DNA from: Octopus vulgaris
Taxonomy: Eukaryota
Reading direction: 5' to 3'
NCBI GenBank assembly: GCA_951406725.2
Contig: OX597826.1
Span: forward strand, 74,834,001 to 74,898,000
Length of the DNA: 64,000 bases
Below are positions 1 to 13,424 of the stretch, piece by piece (within the stretch, counting starts at the first letter, position 1; every line of letters begins with the position of its first letter). The position numbers and the translations under genes were made by a program. The notes beneath the pieces were generated by a model. The model ran no database searches, was not told where the DNA came from, and saw only the letters and a list, made by a program, of their open reading frames with translations.

Positions 1-98
1 TGTGTGTTTGTATGTATGTTTGTATGTACGTTTGTATGTATGTATGTATGTATGTATGTATGCATGTATGTATGTATGTATGCATGTATGTATGTTTG

Positions 99-132
<34 letters not shown>

Positions 133-920
133 TGTATGTATGTATGTATGTATGTATGTCTGTATCTATGTATATATGTAATGTATGTATGTATGTATGT
201 ATGTTTGTATGTATGTATGTGTGTATGTGTGTATGTCTGTCTGTCTGTATGTATGTATGTATGTATGTATGTATGTTTGTTTGTATGTATGTATGTATGT
301 ATGTATGTATGTATGTATGTATGTATGTATGTATGTATGTATGTATGTATGTGTGTGTGTATGCGCGTATGTGTGTATCTGTGTGTGCATGGGCGCATGT
401 GTGTGTATGTAAGTGCGTATGCATCTATTATGTATATATGTGTGTATGTATGTGTATGTACGTGTATATATATATATGTATACATGAATGTATATGTATA
501 TGTAAGTATGTATGTATGTATGTATGTGCGTATGTATATATGCGTGTATGTATGTATGTATGTATGTATGTGCGTTTGTATGTATGCATGTGTGTATGTA
601 TGTATATATATATTTGTATACATGAATGTATGTATGTGTGTAAGCATGTGTATGTGATTGTATGTATATATGAATGTATGTATACATGAATGTATGTATA
701 TATGTATGTATGTGTGTAAGTATTACGTGTGTGTGTATGTATGCGTGTATGTATATGTGTGTATGTATGTGTGTGTATGTATGTGTATATGTATGTATGT
801 GTGTATGTATGTACGTGTGTATGTATATATGTATGTATGTTTGTGTGTAAGTATGTATGCACGTACGCTACGTGTGTATGTCCGTAGTATGTACGTGTGT
901 ATGCACGTACATTTCTATGT

Positions 921-959
<39 letters not shown>

Positions 960-975
960 ATATGTGTGCGTGCGT
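1..975. repeat. (TATG)n/(TG)n compound microsatellite
   Basis: Visible tetranucleotide/dinucleotide tract; explains the MYVC/HTYI ORFs. Confidence 0.98.
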
Positions 976-1269
976 GTCACTAGTTTAACAATTTCAAATA
1001 TTCAGAAAGTGACACTTGTGCCACACAGTCTTTTGTTGCTGTGTAATCTGATGGGTTGGCGCTTTTACCCCCTTTTATTTTCCTAAGGAAAGTCATGACA
1101 CAAATTTATCTGGGCTTAGTACATCCGATATACGGGTGCCGTGTCATCCACCCACGATGTTATGTCTAAAGCTCCTAACTTCCGCTATTGTCCCATGACA
1201 CACACAAGGATAGTGAACGCAGATACGCTAATTAACTGATACGAGTAATCATTTTGTTAATTGGTGTTA

Positions 1270-1836
1270 GGCGGCGAGCTGGCAGAATCGTTAGCACACC
1301 GGACGAAATGCTTAGCGGTATTTCGTCTGTCTTTACGTTCTGAGTTCAAATTCCGCCGAGGTCGACTTTGCCTTTCATCCTTCGGGGTCGATTAAATAAG
1401 TACCAGTTACGCACTGGGGTCGATATAATCGACTTAATCCGTTTGTCTGTCTTTATTTGTCCTCTCTGTGTTTAGCCCCTTGTGGGTAGTAAAGAAATAG
1501 GTATTTCGTCTGCCGCTATGTTCTGAGTTCAAATTCCGACGAGGTCGACTTTGCCTTTCATCCTTTCGGGGTCGATAAATTAAGTACCAGTTACGCACTG
1601 GGGTCGAAATATTATCGACTTAATCCATATGTCTGTCCTTGTTTGTCCTCTCTGTGTTTAGCCCCTTGTGGGCAGTAAAGAAATAGGTATTTCGTCAAAT
1701 TTCAAATTCTGCCGCGGTCCACTTTGTCTTTCATCCTTTCGGGGTCGATAAATTAAGTACCAGTTGTGTACTGAGGTCGATCTAATTGATTGTCACCCCC
1801 TCCCCAAAAGTTTCGGTCCTTGTGCCTAGAGTAGAA
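1270..1836 (+). mobile_element. tRNA-derived SINE family A (multimeric: tRNA head + 2 'A' units + terminal 'B' unit)
   Basis: Head GGCGGCGAGCTGGCAGAATCGTTAG (A box), B box GAGTTCAAATTCC, central GCCTTTCATCCTTTCGGGGTCGATAAATTAAGTACCAG domain (Meta-SINE-like); units restart at 1500 and 1686. Confidence 0.9.
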
Positions 1837-2182
1837 TAGAATTTTGCTAGTTTGTGGACGGCAGTTCAATCCCTAGATCCGTTAAGCTTATATACGTTGG
1901 TGAAGCGTAACAAACATATGCCAACCCAAGTTATGAAATAATTAATTAGGAGGATATCCTTATTAAGGACAATAGAATGACACTAATCTAAACTCGTAGA
2001 TTTAATTGGGTTTGTCCACATTACTCCATAAAAACGTAGCTGATTTGCCGGTTTCTCTAACGAATGAATAGTCTTCAAGCCATTCACAGAGATGCTTCCA
2101 TATTAGTTTGTATTTTTTCTTTATTTTACAATCAAGCAAGAACATTTTATTCCGGCAAACCTCTTTCTTTGTATCTTTTCAG

Positions 2183-2307
2183 AATGTCGCAACCAGATCG
2201 AGGCTCTTCTTCATCGAGGCATAAACATTCAGATTAAGTTGGCGTTTCCAGTGAGTCAATTGCGTACCATTCAAATTTCCTCAGCTAAACAGATGATTGC
2301 CTACATG
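2183..2307 (+). CDS. Candidate internal coding exon of an unidentified plus-strand gene (xCRNQIEALLHRGINIQIKLAFPVSQLRTIQISSAKQMIAYM)
   Basis: Strong acceptor ctctttctttgtatcttttcAG, donor ATG|GTAAGC, 125 nt (phase 1->0), open frame, non-repetitive sequence. Protein family not recognised. Confidence 0.5.
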
Positions 2308-3090
2308 GTAAGCAAAGCGATAATCGCTTTGTTTACCATGTAGGCAAACATAGAAATTTCTGTTTGTCTTGTTGTCGAGAGAGGCTCCTTTTCTTTCCTG
2401 ATGAGAAGATTGCATAATGCACCCTGTGAAAGGCGTGATTAATACTCATGTGATATGCTACAGTTCAGTAAAGTTCCCTTTCTGACGGGATATCACATGA
2501 TACAACAAACACGATATCTTGATAAGTTGCAGCATTAAAAGCAATTTTAATGTCAACGAACGGAAGTCTGTAGGTGTGACATGCGCAAAACTTGGAGAGT
2601 GGTGCTGAATGAAGAATGATTATAGGAAAGAATCTGATATCAACCGGCTCTAAGGAGAGAACATTCGGAGAATTTAAAAACCGTTTATCGATCGAAATAT
2701 CCAAAATATACAAATGATCTAATGATCTTGTTGTGTGATAACACGAACATCAATGAGAATATTTTAAAGTTCTAATGAGGAATTAGCGTGCGTCTTAAAG
2801 AGACAACTGATTTCCGATGGAACTAATAACGTCTGGGAAATCACAAACACGGAAAAAGATGTTTTCTTCAATAGACCAAAGAACGAGATACAATTACGAG
2901 ATAAGCTGCGGGATTAAGTGGAATGAATTTTTATTTAGTTGTTTAGATCTTCAAACTACATCGATCTCGTTAACACCCACATAGTGTCTCCGTTTAATCG
3001 ATAAATACACAACGTGCAGGTCTCACCATAACACACACACACACACGCACACACACTATCACTATTTATCCAGATAGCATCTCTACGTTG

Positions 3091-3468
3091 TGTGGAGGCG
3101 CAATGGCCCAGTGGTTAGGGCAGCGGACTCGCGGTCATAGGATCGCGGTTTTGATTCCCAGACCGGGCGTTGTGAGTGTTTATTGAGCGAAAACACCTAA
3201 AGCTCCACGAGGCTCCGGCAGGGGATGGTGGTGATCCCTGCTGTACTCTTTCACCACAACCTTCTCTTACTTCCTGTTTCTGTTGTACCTGTATTTCAAA
3301 GGGCCGGCCTTGTCACTCTCTGTGTCACGCTGAATATCCCCGAGAACTATGTTAAGGGTGCACGTGTCTGTGGAGTGCTCAGCCACTTACACGTTAATTT
3401 CACGAGCAGGCTGTTCCGTTGATTCGGATCAACCGGAACCCTCATCGTCGTAACCGACGGAGTGCTTC
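3091..3468 (+). mobile_element. tRNA-derived SINE family C
   Basis: Head TGTGGAGGCGCAATGGCCCAGTGGTTAGGGCAGCGGACTCGCGG..., near-identical inverted copy at 9046-9426. Confidence 0.88.
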
Positions 3469-3640
3469 CTATCTCTACATTGTCTCCATCTTATCCGGTG
3501 AATACTTATCTACACACTGTAAGTGTGTCTAATAAATATATACACTCTCTGTCCGGTGATCAATATAATAAATATATACACTCTCTGTACGGTGATCAAT
3601 ATCTACGCATTGTATTTATCCGTCCAATCAATTATTTTAG

Positions 3641-3997
3641 CTTTTATTTGTTTTTAACCATTCGACTGCGGCCATGCTGGAGCACCGCCTTGAAGAAATT
3701 TAGCCGAACAAATCAACCACAGGACGTTTTTTTCCTCTTTAAGCCTGGTACTTGTTCTATTGGTCTCTATGTTACGGGGACGTAAACAAACCAACATCGT
3801 CGTCAAGCGGTGGTGGGGGACAAACACATATACCAAGACACATACACACACACGACGGGCTTCTTTCAGTTTTCATCTACCAAATCCACTCACAAGGCTT
3901 TAGTGGGCCCGATGCAATAGTAGATGACACTTGCCAAGGGACTGAACCCGGAAACATGTGGTTGGGAAGCAAGCTTCTAACCAAACTGCCACGCCTG
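3641..3997 (-). mobile_element. tRNA-derived SINE family B (internal microsatellite, AAGAGT-type tail)
   Basis: Shares body GGCCATGCTGGAGCACCGCC ... CTACCAAATCCACTCACAAGGC with many copies in the window. Confidence 0.85.
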
Positions 3998-5050
3998 TGG
4001 CCTATACCAGCATTTTGTGCCATTAACCACTGATCCAGCTATGCCTATCTCGTCAATACCAACTCCATAAGTTCTGTGTGTTTCATCACCACCAACACCA
4101 CAATTTATATGATGGGTAATAACACAGAATCGTCAACATAGGGTCGACAACGGGGCCAGTTGCCCAAGGCCCCACGAAACACAGTGGATATAATGGTTTC
4201 AAACGTTGGTGCAAGGCCAGCAGGGGGGACGTGGGTTTGTGGATTCTCTCACTACTCAACTGGTATTTTATTTTAACGACCCCCGAACGGATGAAAAGCA
4301 AAGTCAACCTCAGTGGAATTTGAACTCAAAACGTAAAAAACTGGAAGAAATGATGTCTAATGGATCTACAAGGGAATAATAATCATTTCTACTAAAGGTA
4401 CAAGGCCTGAAATTCTGGTGGAGAGACAAGCCCCCAGTACGTAACTCGTACTTATTTTATCGACTCCGAAAAAAAATTAAAGGCAAAGTCGACATCAGCG
4501 GAATTTGAACTCTTAACGTAATAACAGTTTATTTTCGTGTCAAAATTTTCTATATGTAATGGCGCCGAAAATTCAGTTTATTCACGGCGCGTGGTTTAGT
4601 GGTTAAGGTATTCGGCTCACGATCGGAAGGTCGTGAGGTCGATTCCCGGTGGTGCGTTGTCCTAGAACAAGACACATCTTTTTCACATTTTTCTAGTCCA
4701 CTCAGCGGGCAAAAATGAATAGTACCCAAATTTCAAAGGGGCCAGCCTTGTCACCTTCTGTGTCATGCTGAATTTCCCTGAGAACTATAACTTGTTTAAG
4801 GTCATCTCTACAGATTTTCTATAGAGATTGTAGCCAGCACTGATTTTGTTACAACGTTTCGTATCCGAGACAGGGCACGCGTGTTTGTGGTGTACTCAGC
4901 CACTTATACTAAATTCTACGAGCAGGCCCCTCCGTTCATCGAATCAACTGAAACCCTCCTAGTCGTAACCGACGGAATGCCACCCATTTTATATCCCTTT
5001 TCTTTCTGTTTACTCAGGGCGTCCCTAACAAAGGGCTCGGCCCTACCTCA

Positions 5051-5284
5051 ATACCTATTTCTTTATTACCCACAAGGGGCTAAACACAGAGGACAAACAC
5101 GGACAGACATAAGTATTAAGTCGATTATATCGACCCCAGTGCGTAACTGGTACTTAATTTATCGACCCCGAAAGGATAAAAGGCAAAGTCGACCTCAGCG
5201 GAATTTGAACTCAGAACGTAACTGCAGACGAAATACGGCTACGCATTTTGCCCGGCGTGCTAACGGTTCTGCCAGCTCGCGCCC
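5051..5284 (-). mobile_element. SINE family A (head + one A unit)
   Basis: Reverse complement of 1270-1500; ends in TAAAGAAATAGGTA. Confidence 0.9.
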
Positions 5285-5636
5285 TACCTCAATACCAACG
5301 CCACAAACCGAGCGAAACACAAACACCTACCAACTGTATAACACAGTTAATATCGCAATTGTTTCCCAGATTGAGTTAATTTATTTACAAACAAGCTGTA
5401 AAAGATTAATCAGATAGCCACCCATGAGTTCCCTAAACATCTCGTCAATTGATTGACAGCAAGGTTCAGTGAACCTTCGGAAAGCACTGAGAGCTAAATA
5501 CCTCCCTTTATTGATAATTCGTCATCCTCGAAGCTTTGAACGAAGGAGGTATTTGTTAAGACTTGTGTGTAAGTTCTACTCCATGAACAGGTATACGGTA
5601 CATTTATTCTCTCTCTCTTTCTCTCTCTCTCTCCCC

Positions 5637-5667
<31 letters not shown>

Positions 5668-6444
5668 CCCCTCTCTCTCTCTCTCTCTCTCTCTGTATAC
5701 GTGTGTGTATATCTCTGTGTGTTATAGTGTTTGTGTGTCTCTGTGTGTATGTGTGTATTTGTGTGTGTGTGGCCGCTATGTTCTATTAGGATAAACAAAA
5801 AGAAAGTCACCACTTGTTGAAGGTGCGAAGGAATGCCAAAGATTCCAGCAGTATTTATCAATGATGACAAACTGAGATAAATATAGCATTTATTAGAATT
5901 ATTCTATGCTTGCTATTTTCATTTCTACGGCGCTGTTCTCGTCAGTGGGCATAAATAAATACAAACACAAAACAATAATAACACAGATGGAAATAGCACG
6001 AAATAATTTCAAACGTCGAACGTTTACGCAAAGCAATATGAACCGAAAACAATAAGAAACAACATTTAATGATCTCTAATTTAGGAACAAAATCAACAAC
6101 TTTGAGGGGAGGGAGTTAGCCAATGCTACTTACGTTGGTATTTTATTTTATCGACCCTTTTGCGTTGTTATTTAGCCTCAGCTCGATTCTGATCCAGAAG
6201 ACCCACGAGCAACAATGTCTCATTTGTGACAAACCCGCCTATTTTCTATGACCCTGTGAGCATCTTTAAGAATGGTACCGCGTTTATTTAAGGGAGGCCT
6301 GGCTACTAAATATAGCGAGGCGGGAAAAGATGATCTCGATGGATTTGAACACAGATCCTGAAGAACCAGAACAAATGAAAACAAGGTATTTTTCTCGACA
6401 CTTTAACGATTCTGCCAAATCGACCGCCCTTCATAAATAACATA

Positions 6445-6652
6445 CTCTTTACTCTTTTACTTGTTTCAGTCATTTGACTGCGGCCATCCTGGAGCACCGC
6501 CTTAAGTTGAGCAAATAGACCCATGGACTTATTCTTTGTAAGCCTAGTATTTATTCTATCGGTCTCTTTTGCCGAACCTCTAAGTTACGGGGACGTAAAT
6601 ACACTACCATCGGTTGTCAAGCGATGTTGGGGGGACAAACACAGACATACAA

Positions 6653-6691
<39 letters not shown>

Positions 6692-6694
6692 TAC

Positions 6695-6738
<44 letters not shown>

Positions 6739-6873
6739 GACGGGCTTCTTTCAGTTTCCGTCTACCAAATCCACTCACAAGGCTTTGGTCAGCCCGAGGC
6801 TATAGTAGAAGACACTTGCCCAAGTTGCCACGCAGTAGGACTGAACTCAGAACCATGTGGTTCGTAAGCAAGC
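6445..6873 (-). mobile_element. SINE family B
   Basis: Family B body with internal (CA)n(TA)n. Confidence 0.88.
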
Positions 6874-7554
6874 TATTTTTTTTTTCTATTGGCACAAAGT
6901 CTGAAAGTTTTGATAACCGATTACATTGACCCGAGGGTTTGACTGGTGCTTATTTCATCGATCCCAAAATAGCGAAAGTCGACCTTAGCAGTATTTGAAC
7001 TCAAACTGTAAGGATCGAAGAAATGCGGCCAAGCATTTTGTGCGGCGCGCTAACGACTCTGCCAGCTCTTGGCCTTCGTAGTAACAAACAATGTTCAACG
7101 CCAAGAAGCAAAATAAATAACACAGAACTTCGTGGGGGTTCAATGAAAGACCCTTCGCCTGGTCGCTCGATTCGCTGTATTTAATAGCTTGGTCTTCTTT
7201 AAACACGCTACTCTTCTTAAACAGATACACAGAGTCAGAGAAAATAGACGGGGTTGTCACGAATCATGGGCTAAACACAGAAGAGACAAACAAGGACAGA
7301 CAAACGGATTTATACCTTCTTTATACGTAAATAGCAACGCAACCACAAAAATTACCGTCATCATCATCAACAACAACAACAATAAAACGCATATAAAACA
7401 ATAAACTTAAATATTATAAAGCCCTGCTGTGAGTTAAATAAAAATAAGAAAGTAAACGCATTCCTTCTTTGCTATTCATGTGTGAGAGAAAAAAAGAGGG
7501 GCAAAGTCTCTTGGCCGGTTTTGTGCTTCTTGCCATCTCCTCAGGGAAGACATA

Positions 7555-7961
7555 TTCTTTTCTGCTCTAGGTACAAGGCTGGAAATTTTGGGGTTGGGGG
7601 GCCAGTCGATTAGATCGACCCCAGTACGAAACTGGTACTTAATTTATCGACCCCGAAAGGATGAAAGGCAAAGTCGACCTCGGCGGAATTTGAACTCAGA
7701 ACGTAACGACAGACGAAATACCTATTTCTATTTCTTTACTACCCACAAGGGGCTAAAAACACAGAGAAGACAGACAAGGACAGACAAACGGATTAAGTCG
7801 ATTACACCGACCCCAGTGCGTAACTGGTATTTAATTTATCGACCCCGAAAGGATGAAAGGCAAAGTCGACCTCGGCGGGATTTGAACTCAGAATGTAATG
7901 GCAGACGAAATACGGCTACGCATTTCACCCGACGTGCTAACGTCTCTGCCAGCTCGCCGCC
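7555..7961 (-). mobile_element. SINE family A (head + A + B units)
   Basis: Reverse complement match to 1270-1836. Confidence 0.9.
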
Positions 7962-8119
7962 TTGGAAGAAATTACATATATATAATTAATGTTCGACTCA
8001 GCTCTATTCATTGGCCTGAAAGCGACATCAATTCCTACGATCGACGGAACGTGGTAACTGATGTCGCTTTCGGCCAAATAACAACAAATACCACGTGACT
8101 TGAGTTAGCCATTGGAAGC

Positions 8120-8618
8120 CGTCGACTTTGCCCATTCATCCTTTCGGGGGCGATTAAATAAGTACCAGTTACGTACTGGGGTCGATATAATCGACTTAAT
8201 CCGTTTGTCCTCTCTGTGTTTAGCCCCTTGTGGGTAGTAAAGAAATAGGTATTTCGTCTGCCTCTACGTTCTGAGTTCAAATTCCGCCGAGGTCGACTTT
8301 GCCTTTCATCCTTTCGGGGTCGATAAATTAAGTACCAGTTACCCACTGGTGTCGATATAATCGACTTAATCTGTTTGTCTGTCCTTGTTTGTCCTCTCTT
8401 TGTTTAGCCCCTTATGGGTAGTAAAGAAATAGAAATAGGTATTTCGTCTGCCGTTACGTTCTGAGTTCAAATTCCGCCGAGGTCGACTTTGCCTTTCATT
8501 TTTTCTGGGTCGATTAAATAAGTACCAGTTACGTACTGGGGTCGATATAATCGACTTAATCCGTTTGTCTGTCCTTGTTTGTCCTCTCTGTGTTTAGCCC
8601 CTTGTGGGCAGTAAAGAA
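8120..8618 (+). mobile_element. SINE family A, 5'-truncated trimer of A units
   Basis: Units restart at GGTATTTCGTCTG near 8248 and 8438. Confidence 0.9.
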
Positions 8619-8758
8619 AAAAAGAGGGATTCTGTTCTTGTGAATTACGAAGACAGTGACTGAATGGCTGTCGGCTATTTACCATAACCGGCTAAAATGT
8701 GGGTTTAAGTGATGGATGTATAAGCAACGAGAGAGGCGGAGGGGATCATGTCCGTATG

Positions 8759-8827
<69 letters not shown>

Positions 8828-9045
8828 TAACATCTGTATGCCTGTGTGTGTGTGTGTATGCGTGTGTGTGTTTTTGTAAAATACAAAAAGAATACGTACA
8901 TATAAGGTTTATCATTAATTCAAATTCAAATTACTGTGTTTTGTCATGGGGAAAATTTCTCTCCGATTTTCTCCATGGCAAAACATAGTCAAAAACTTTC
9001 TTACAGGTTCGAATCTGCCCCAGGCATTCTTGAACTGGTAATAAA

Positions 9046-9426
9046 TGGAAGCACTCACTCCGTCGGTTACGGCGACGAGGGTTCCGGTTGATCCGAATCA
9101 ACGGAACAGCCTGCTCGTGAAATTAACGTGTAAGTGGCTGAGCACTCCACAGACACGTGTACCCTTAACGTAGTTCTCGGGGATATTCAGCGTGACACAG
9201 AGAGTGGCAAGGCCGGCCCTTTGAAATACAGGTACAACAGAAACAGTGAGAGAAAGTTGTGGTGAAAGAGTACAGCAGGGATCACCACCATCCCTGCCGG
9301 AGCCTCGTGGAGCTTTTTAGGTGTTTTCGCTCAATAAACACTCACAACGCCCGGTCTAGGAATCGAAACCACGATCCTATGACCGCGAGTCCGCTGCCCT
9401 AACCACTGGGCCATTGCGCCTCCACA
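9046..9426 (-). mobile_element. SINE family C
   Basis: Reverse complement of 3091-3468. Confidence 0.9.
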
Positions 9427-9567
9427 CTAGTAATAAATAACCTTGTATTCTATACACAGCATTGCTTAACGCTGCCGCCTTGCAATACAAGAAAGATAAC
9501 TTCTCCAGACTATTAAAGACTTATCTCCCTTTAATTTAGATTGCGAACACTTTCTAAACAATTTAAA

Positions 9568-9610
<43 letters not shown>

Positions 9611-9939
9611 GCTCTCTCTTCTCTTTCTCTCTCTCTCTCTCTCTCACTCTCTCTCTCTCTCTCTTTCTCTCTCCCTACCTTTGTGTGTGTAATGAGTGGT
9701 CTGGCTACACCCACCTCCACATCAGCTTCGCCAGCTCAGATATACTAGAAACCCAACTTGTTAAAAATACGACAGAAAACTCAAGATGATGAAGGAACAC
9801 GTTGTAAGGGCCCAGTCGATCGTGGTAACCCCACTAAAAATCCTAATCATGGAAACTGTTGGTTTGACGTGACACAAAGAGTATACATGTGTTATTTTGT
9901 TAATTATGAAATGACATCATTATATATATACGATATTTA

Positions 9940-10675
9940 GGCGGCGAGCTGGCAGAAACGTTAGCACGCCGAGCGAAATGCGCAGCCGTATTTCGTCTGC
10001 CGCTACGCTCTGAGTTCAAATTCCGCCGAGGTCGACTTTGTCTTTCATCCTTTCGAGGTCGATTAAATAAGTACCAGTTACGCTCTGGGGTCGATATAAT
10101 CGATTTAACCCGTTTGTCTGTCCTTGTTTGTCCTCTCTGTGTTTAGCCCCTTGTGGGTAGTAAAGAAATAGGTATTTCGTCTGCCGCTACGCTCTGAGTT
10201 CAAATTCCCCCGAGGTCGACTTTGCCCATTCATTCTTTCTGGGTCGATTAAATAAGTACCAGTTACGCTCTGGGGTCGATATAATTGATTTAACCCGTTT
10301 GTCTGTCCTTGTTTGTCCCCTCTGTGTTTAGCCCTTTGTGAGTAGTAAAGAAATAGGTATTTCGTCTGTCTTTACGTTCTGAGTTCAAAAACCGCCGTGG
10401 TCAACTTTCCCTTTCACCCTTTCGGAATCGATGAATTAAATACCTATTTCTTTATTACCCACAAGGGGCTAAACATAGAGGAGACAAACATGGACAGACA
10501 TAGGTATTAAGTCGATTATATCGACCCCAGTGCTTAACTGGTACTTAATTTATCGACCCCGAAAGGATGAAAGGCAAAGTCGACCTCGGCGGAATTTGAA
10601 CTCACAACGTAACGGCAGCCGAAATACCACTAGGCATTTCGCCCGACGTGCTAACGATTCTGCTATCTCGCCGCC
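9940..10675. mobile_element. SINE family A multimer (+, 9940-10440) abutted tail-to-tail by an inverted family A copy (-, 10441-10675)
   Basis: Two tRNA heads at the outer ends pointing inward; the third unit of the plus copy is cut at 10440. Confidence 0.9.
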
Positions 10676-11287
10676 TTTAAATACCAGTTACTCACTGGGA
10701 TCGATGTGATCGACCCATTCCCTTCCCCTAAACTGCAGGCCTTGTGCCTATAATAGAAAGGATTATATATAAGATCTTTTTCTTTTGCTTCAGTTACAAA
10801 TGATAACCAATCACGTGATCGCATCACTTTTACTTCACTTTTGTCGCATTTTCCGCGGATTTTCCCATGACTCTCTGTCGCCATCCAATTCCATTTTAAT
10901 GAATTTGAATCAGGAGCTGGAGTCACAAGGAATCTCTCATTAGCTGATTACACAAACAATGGACGCCCTTCCCCCACCCGGCCACTTTATGGATGCGTTG
11001 CATTTACTTAATTATCAGAGCTTGGTGATCTTGACCGTTGGACTTCTAGGATTCCTTTCGCTCAGCATTCAATGTAAGGAGCACCGTTGGTTCAGTTGAT
11101 CCCTTCCGATGCCTCTTCACAATCAGCCATGCTGCATGCAGCCCCATGACTTCACCGTGTTCGAAGCAGTGTGACCGAACGGGTGCTATGCGTGCCTTAC
11201 CAAATGGACAACCCCTAGCTATGAAAGGCGCTGTCATCATCCAGTGAGATATTTTCAAAATATCCGCACAGCCACACTTTCAATTGT

Positions 11288-11577
11288 TCGTTCCTTCTCG
11301 AGCCATGCCTGGCTCATAAGGGCCGGTTTCCCGGTTTCTTTGGCGTATAGGTTCCTCACCTGGACGGGACGCCAGTCCGTCGCAGGTGAGCAGCAAGATG
11401 CAGGAATGAAAGTTGTGGCGAAAGAGTCAGCAGAAGTTCGCCATTACCTTCTGCCGGAGCCGCGTGGAGCTTAGGTGTTTCGCTCATAAACAAACACATC
11501 GCCCGGTCTGAGATTTGAACCGGCGATCTCTCGACTGCTAGTCCGCTGCTCTAACCACTAGGCCATGTGCCTCCACA
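11288..11577 (-). mobile_element. SINE family C variant (GGAAACCGGGAAACCGGCCC tail)
   Basis: Similar to 55300-55585 in the opposite orientation. Confidence 0.85.
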
Positions 11578-11784
11578 TACTTTCAATTAGTTCATCTAAA
11601 TTTGATTAATACTCTTTCAAAAACACGAGGTTAATGATTTATTGAAGTTTATGGAAATGACTATGAGTTCGGAAATTTAGAGGGAGTCTGTTCCAACAGT
11701 TTTGTGTCCGAGGAAATCTATCGGGATTGTTAACAGTTGGAGAATTAACCGAATGACAAGATCTTCACAATATATGTTTATAAT

Positions 11785-12365
11785 CTTTTCTACTCTATGC
11801 ACAAGACCCGAAATTTTGGGGGAGGGAAATAGTCAATTAGATCGACCCCAATATGCAACTGGTATTTAATTTATCGATCCCGAAAGGATAAAAGGCAAAG
11901 TTGACCGCGGCGGAATTTGAACTCAGAAGATAAAGACAGACGAAATACCTATTTCTTTACTACCCACAAGGGGCTAAACACAGAGGGGACAAACAAGGAC
12001 AGACAAACGGATTAAGTCGATTCCATCAACCCCAGTGCGTAACTGGTACTTAATTTATCGACCCCGAAAGGATGAAAGGCAAAGTCGACCTCGGCGGAAT
12101 TTGAACTCAGAACGCAGCGGCGGACGAAATACCTATTTCTTTACAACCCACAAGGGGCTAAACACAGAGGGGACAAACAAGGACAGACAAACGGATTAAG
12201 TCGATTATATTGACCCCAGTCCGTAACTGGTACTTATTTAATTGACCCCGAAAGGATGAAAGACAAAGTCGACCTCGGCGGAATTTGAACTAAGAACGTT
12301 GCGGCAGACGAAATACTGCTGAGCATTTCGCCCGGCGTGCTAATGATTCTGCCAGCTCGCCGCCT
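11785..12365 (-). mobile_element. SINE family A (head + A + A + B)
   Basis: Unit junctions ATTTCTTTA read as GAAATACCTATTTC at about 11942 and 12126. Confidence 0.9.
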
Positions 12366-12375
12366 TCTTACATAT

Positions 12376-12381
12376 GTGTGA

Positions 12382-12450
<69 letters not shown>

Positions 12451-12500
12451 CGCGTATATACATATATATATATATGTATGTATGTATATATATATATATG

Positions 12501-12571
<71 letters not shown>

Positions 12572-12586
12572 ATGTGTATATATATA

Positions 12587-12635
<49 letters not shown>

Positions 12636-12668
12636 ATGTATGTGTATACATATATATATATATATATT
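12376..12668. repeat. (TG)n(CG)n(TA)n compound microsatellite
   Basis: Direct inspection. Confidence 0.97.
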
Positions 12669-13424
12669 AACAATTATCTCTTTGAATTCTGGACATTTCT
12701 ATGAAAGGTCGATAAGTAACTTTACTATTATAATTATTAATATTATCAATAAATAAATCCTTATTATTAAAAAGAATTATTATTAATCGTTATTAGAAAG
12801 AAAGTGAACTGGCAGGCTGAGGTCGACTTTGCTTTTTTCCTTGTTTTGTGGTCGATAAAATAAAATACCAGACATGTTCTCAGGGTCGATTTAATCAAAT
12901 AACCCCTCTCCATAAAATTTTAGGGTCTAATGGTTATGTTAGAAACAATTAAAGGCGGTAGTTTGACAGGATCGTTAGAGCACCGGACAAAATAAGTTGC
13001 GGTGTTTGATCCGACTCTTAGATTCTGTGTTCAAATCCCGCCGAGTTTAATTTTGCCTTTCATTCCTTTGAGACCGATGAAATAATCTTTTCTACTCTAG
13101 GCACAGGACCTGAAATTTTGTGCGAATGGGTAGCCGATTACATTGACCCCACCCCAGTACTTCACTTGTACTCATTTTATCGACCCTCGAAAAGATGAGA
13201 GGTAAAGTCGATCTCGGTGGAATTTGAACCTAGAACGTAACGATGGACGAAATGCCGTTGAGCATTTTGGCCCGCCTGCTAATCATTCCGTTAGCTCGCC
13301 ACATCAGGCGATCGATGAAATAAAACGCTAGCCAAGTACAGGAATCGATAGTATTGATCGAATCATCTCCTTTCAAGACTGTAAACCTTGCACCCGAGTT
13401 ACAAAAAAATTATTTAATAATAAA

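Noticed and set aside
4-1086. Long ORFs rich in MYVC/HTYI
   Set aside because: Translations of (TATG)n microsatellite; the same applies to the 12234-12756 and 58320-58955 ORFs.
1270-1360. tRNA genes at SINE heads
   Set aside because: A/B boxes are present but there is no intact cloverleaf, and each is fused to a repeat body.
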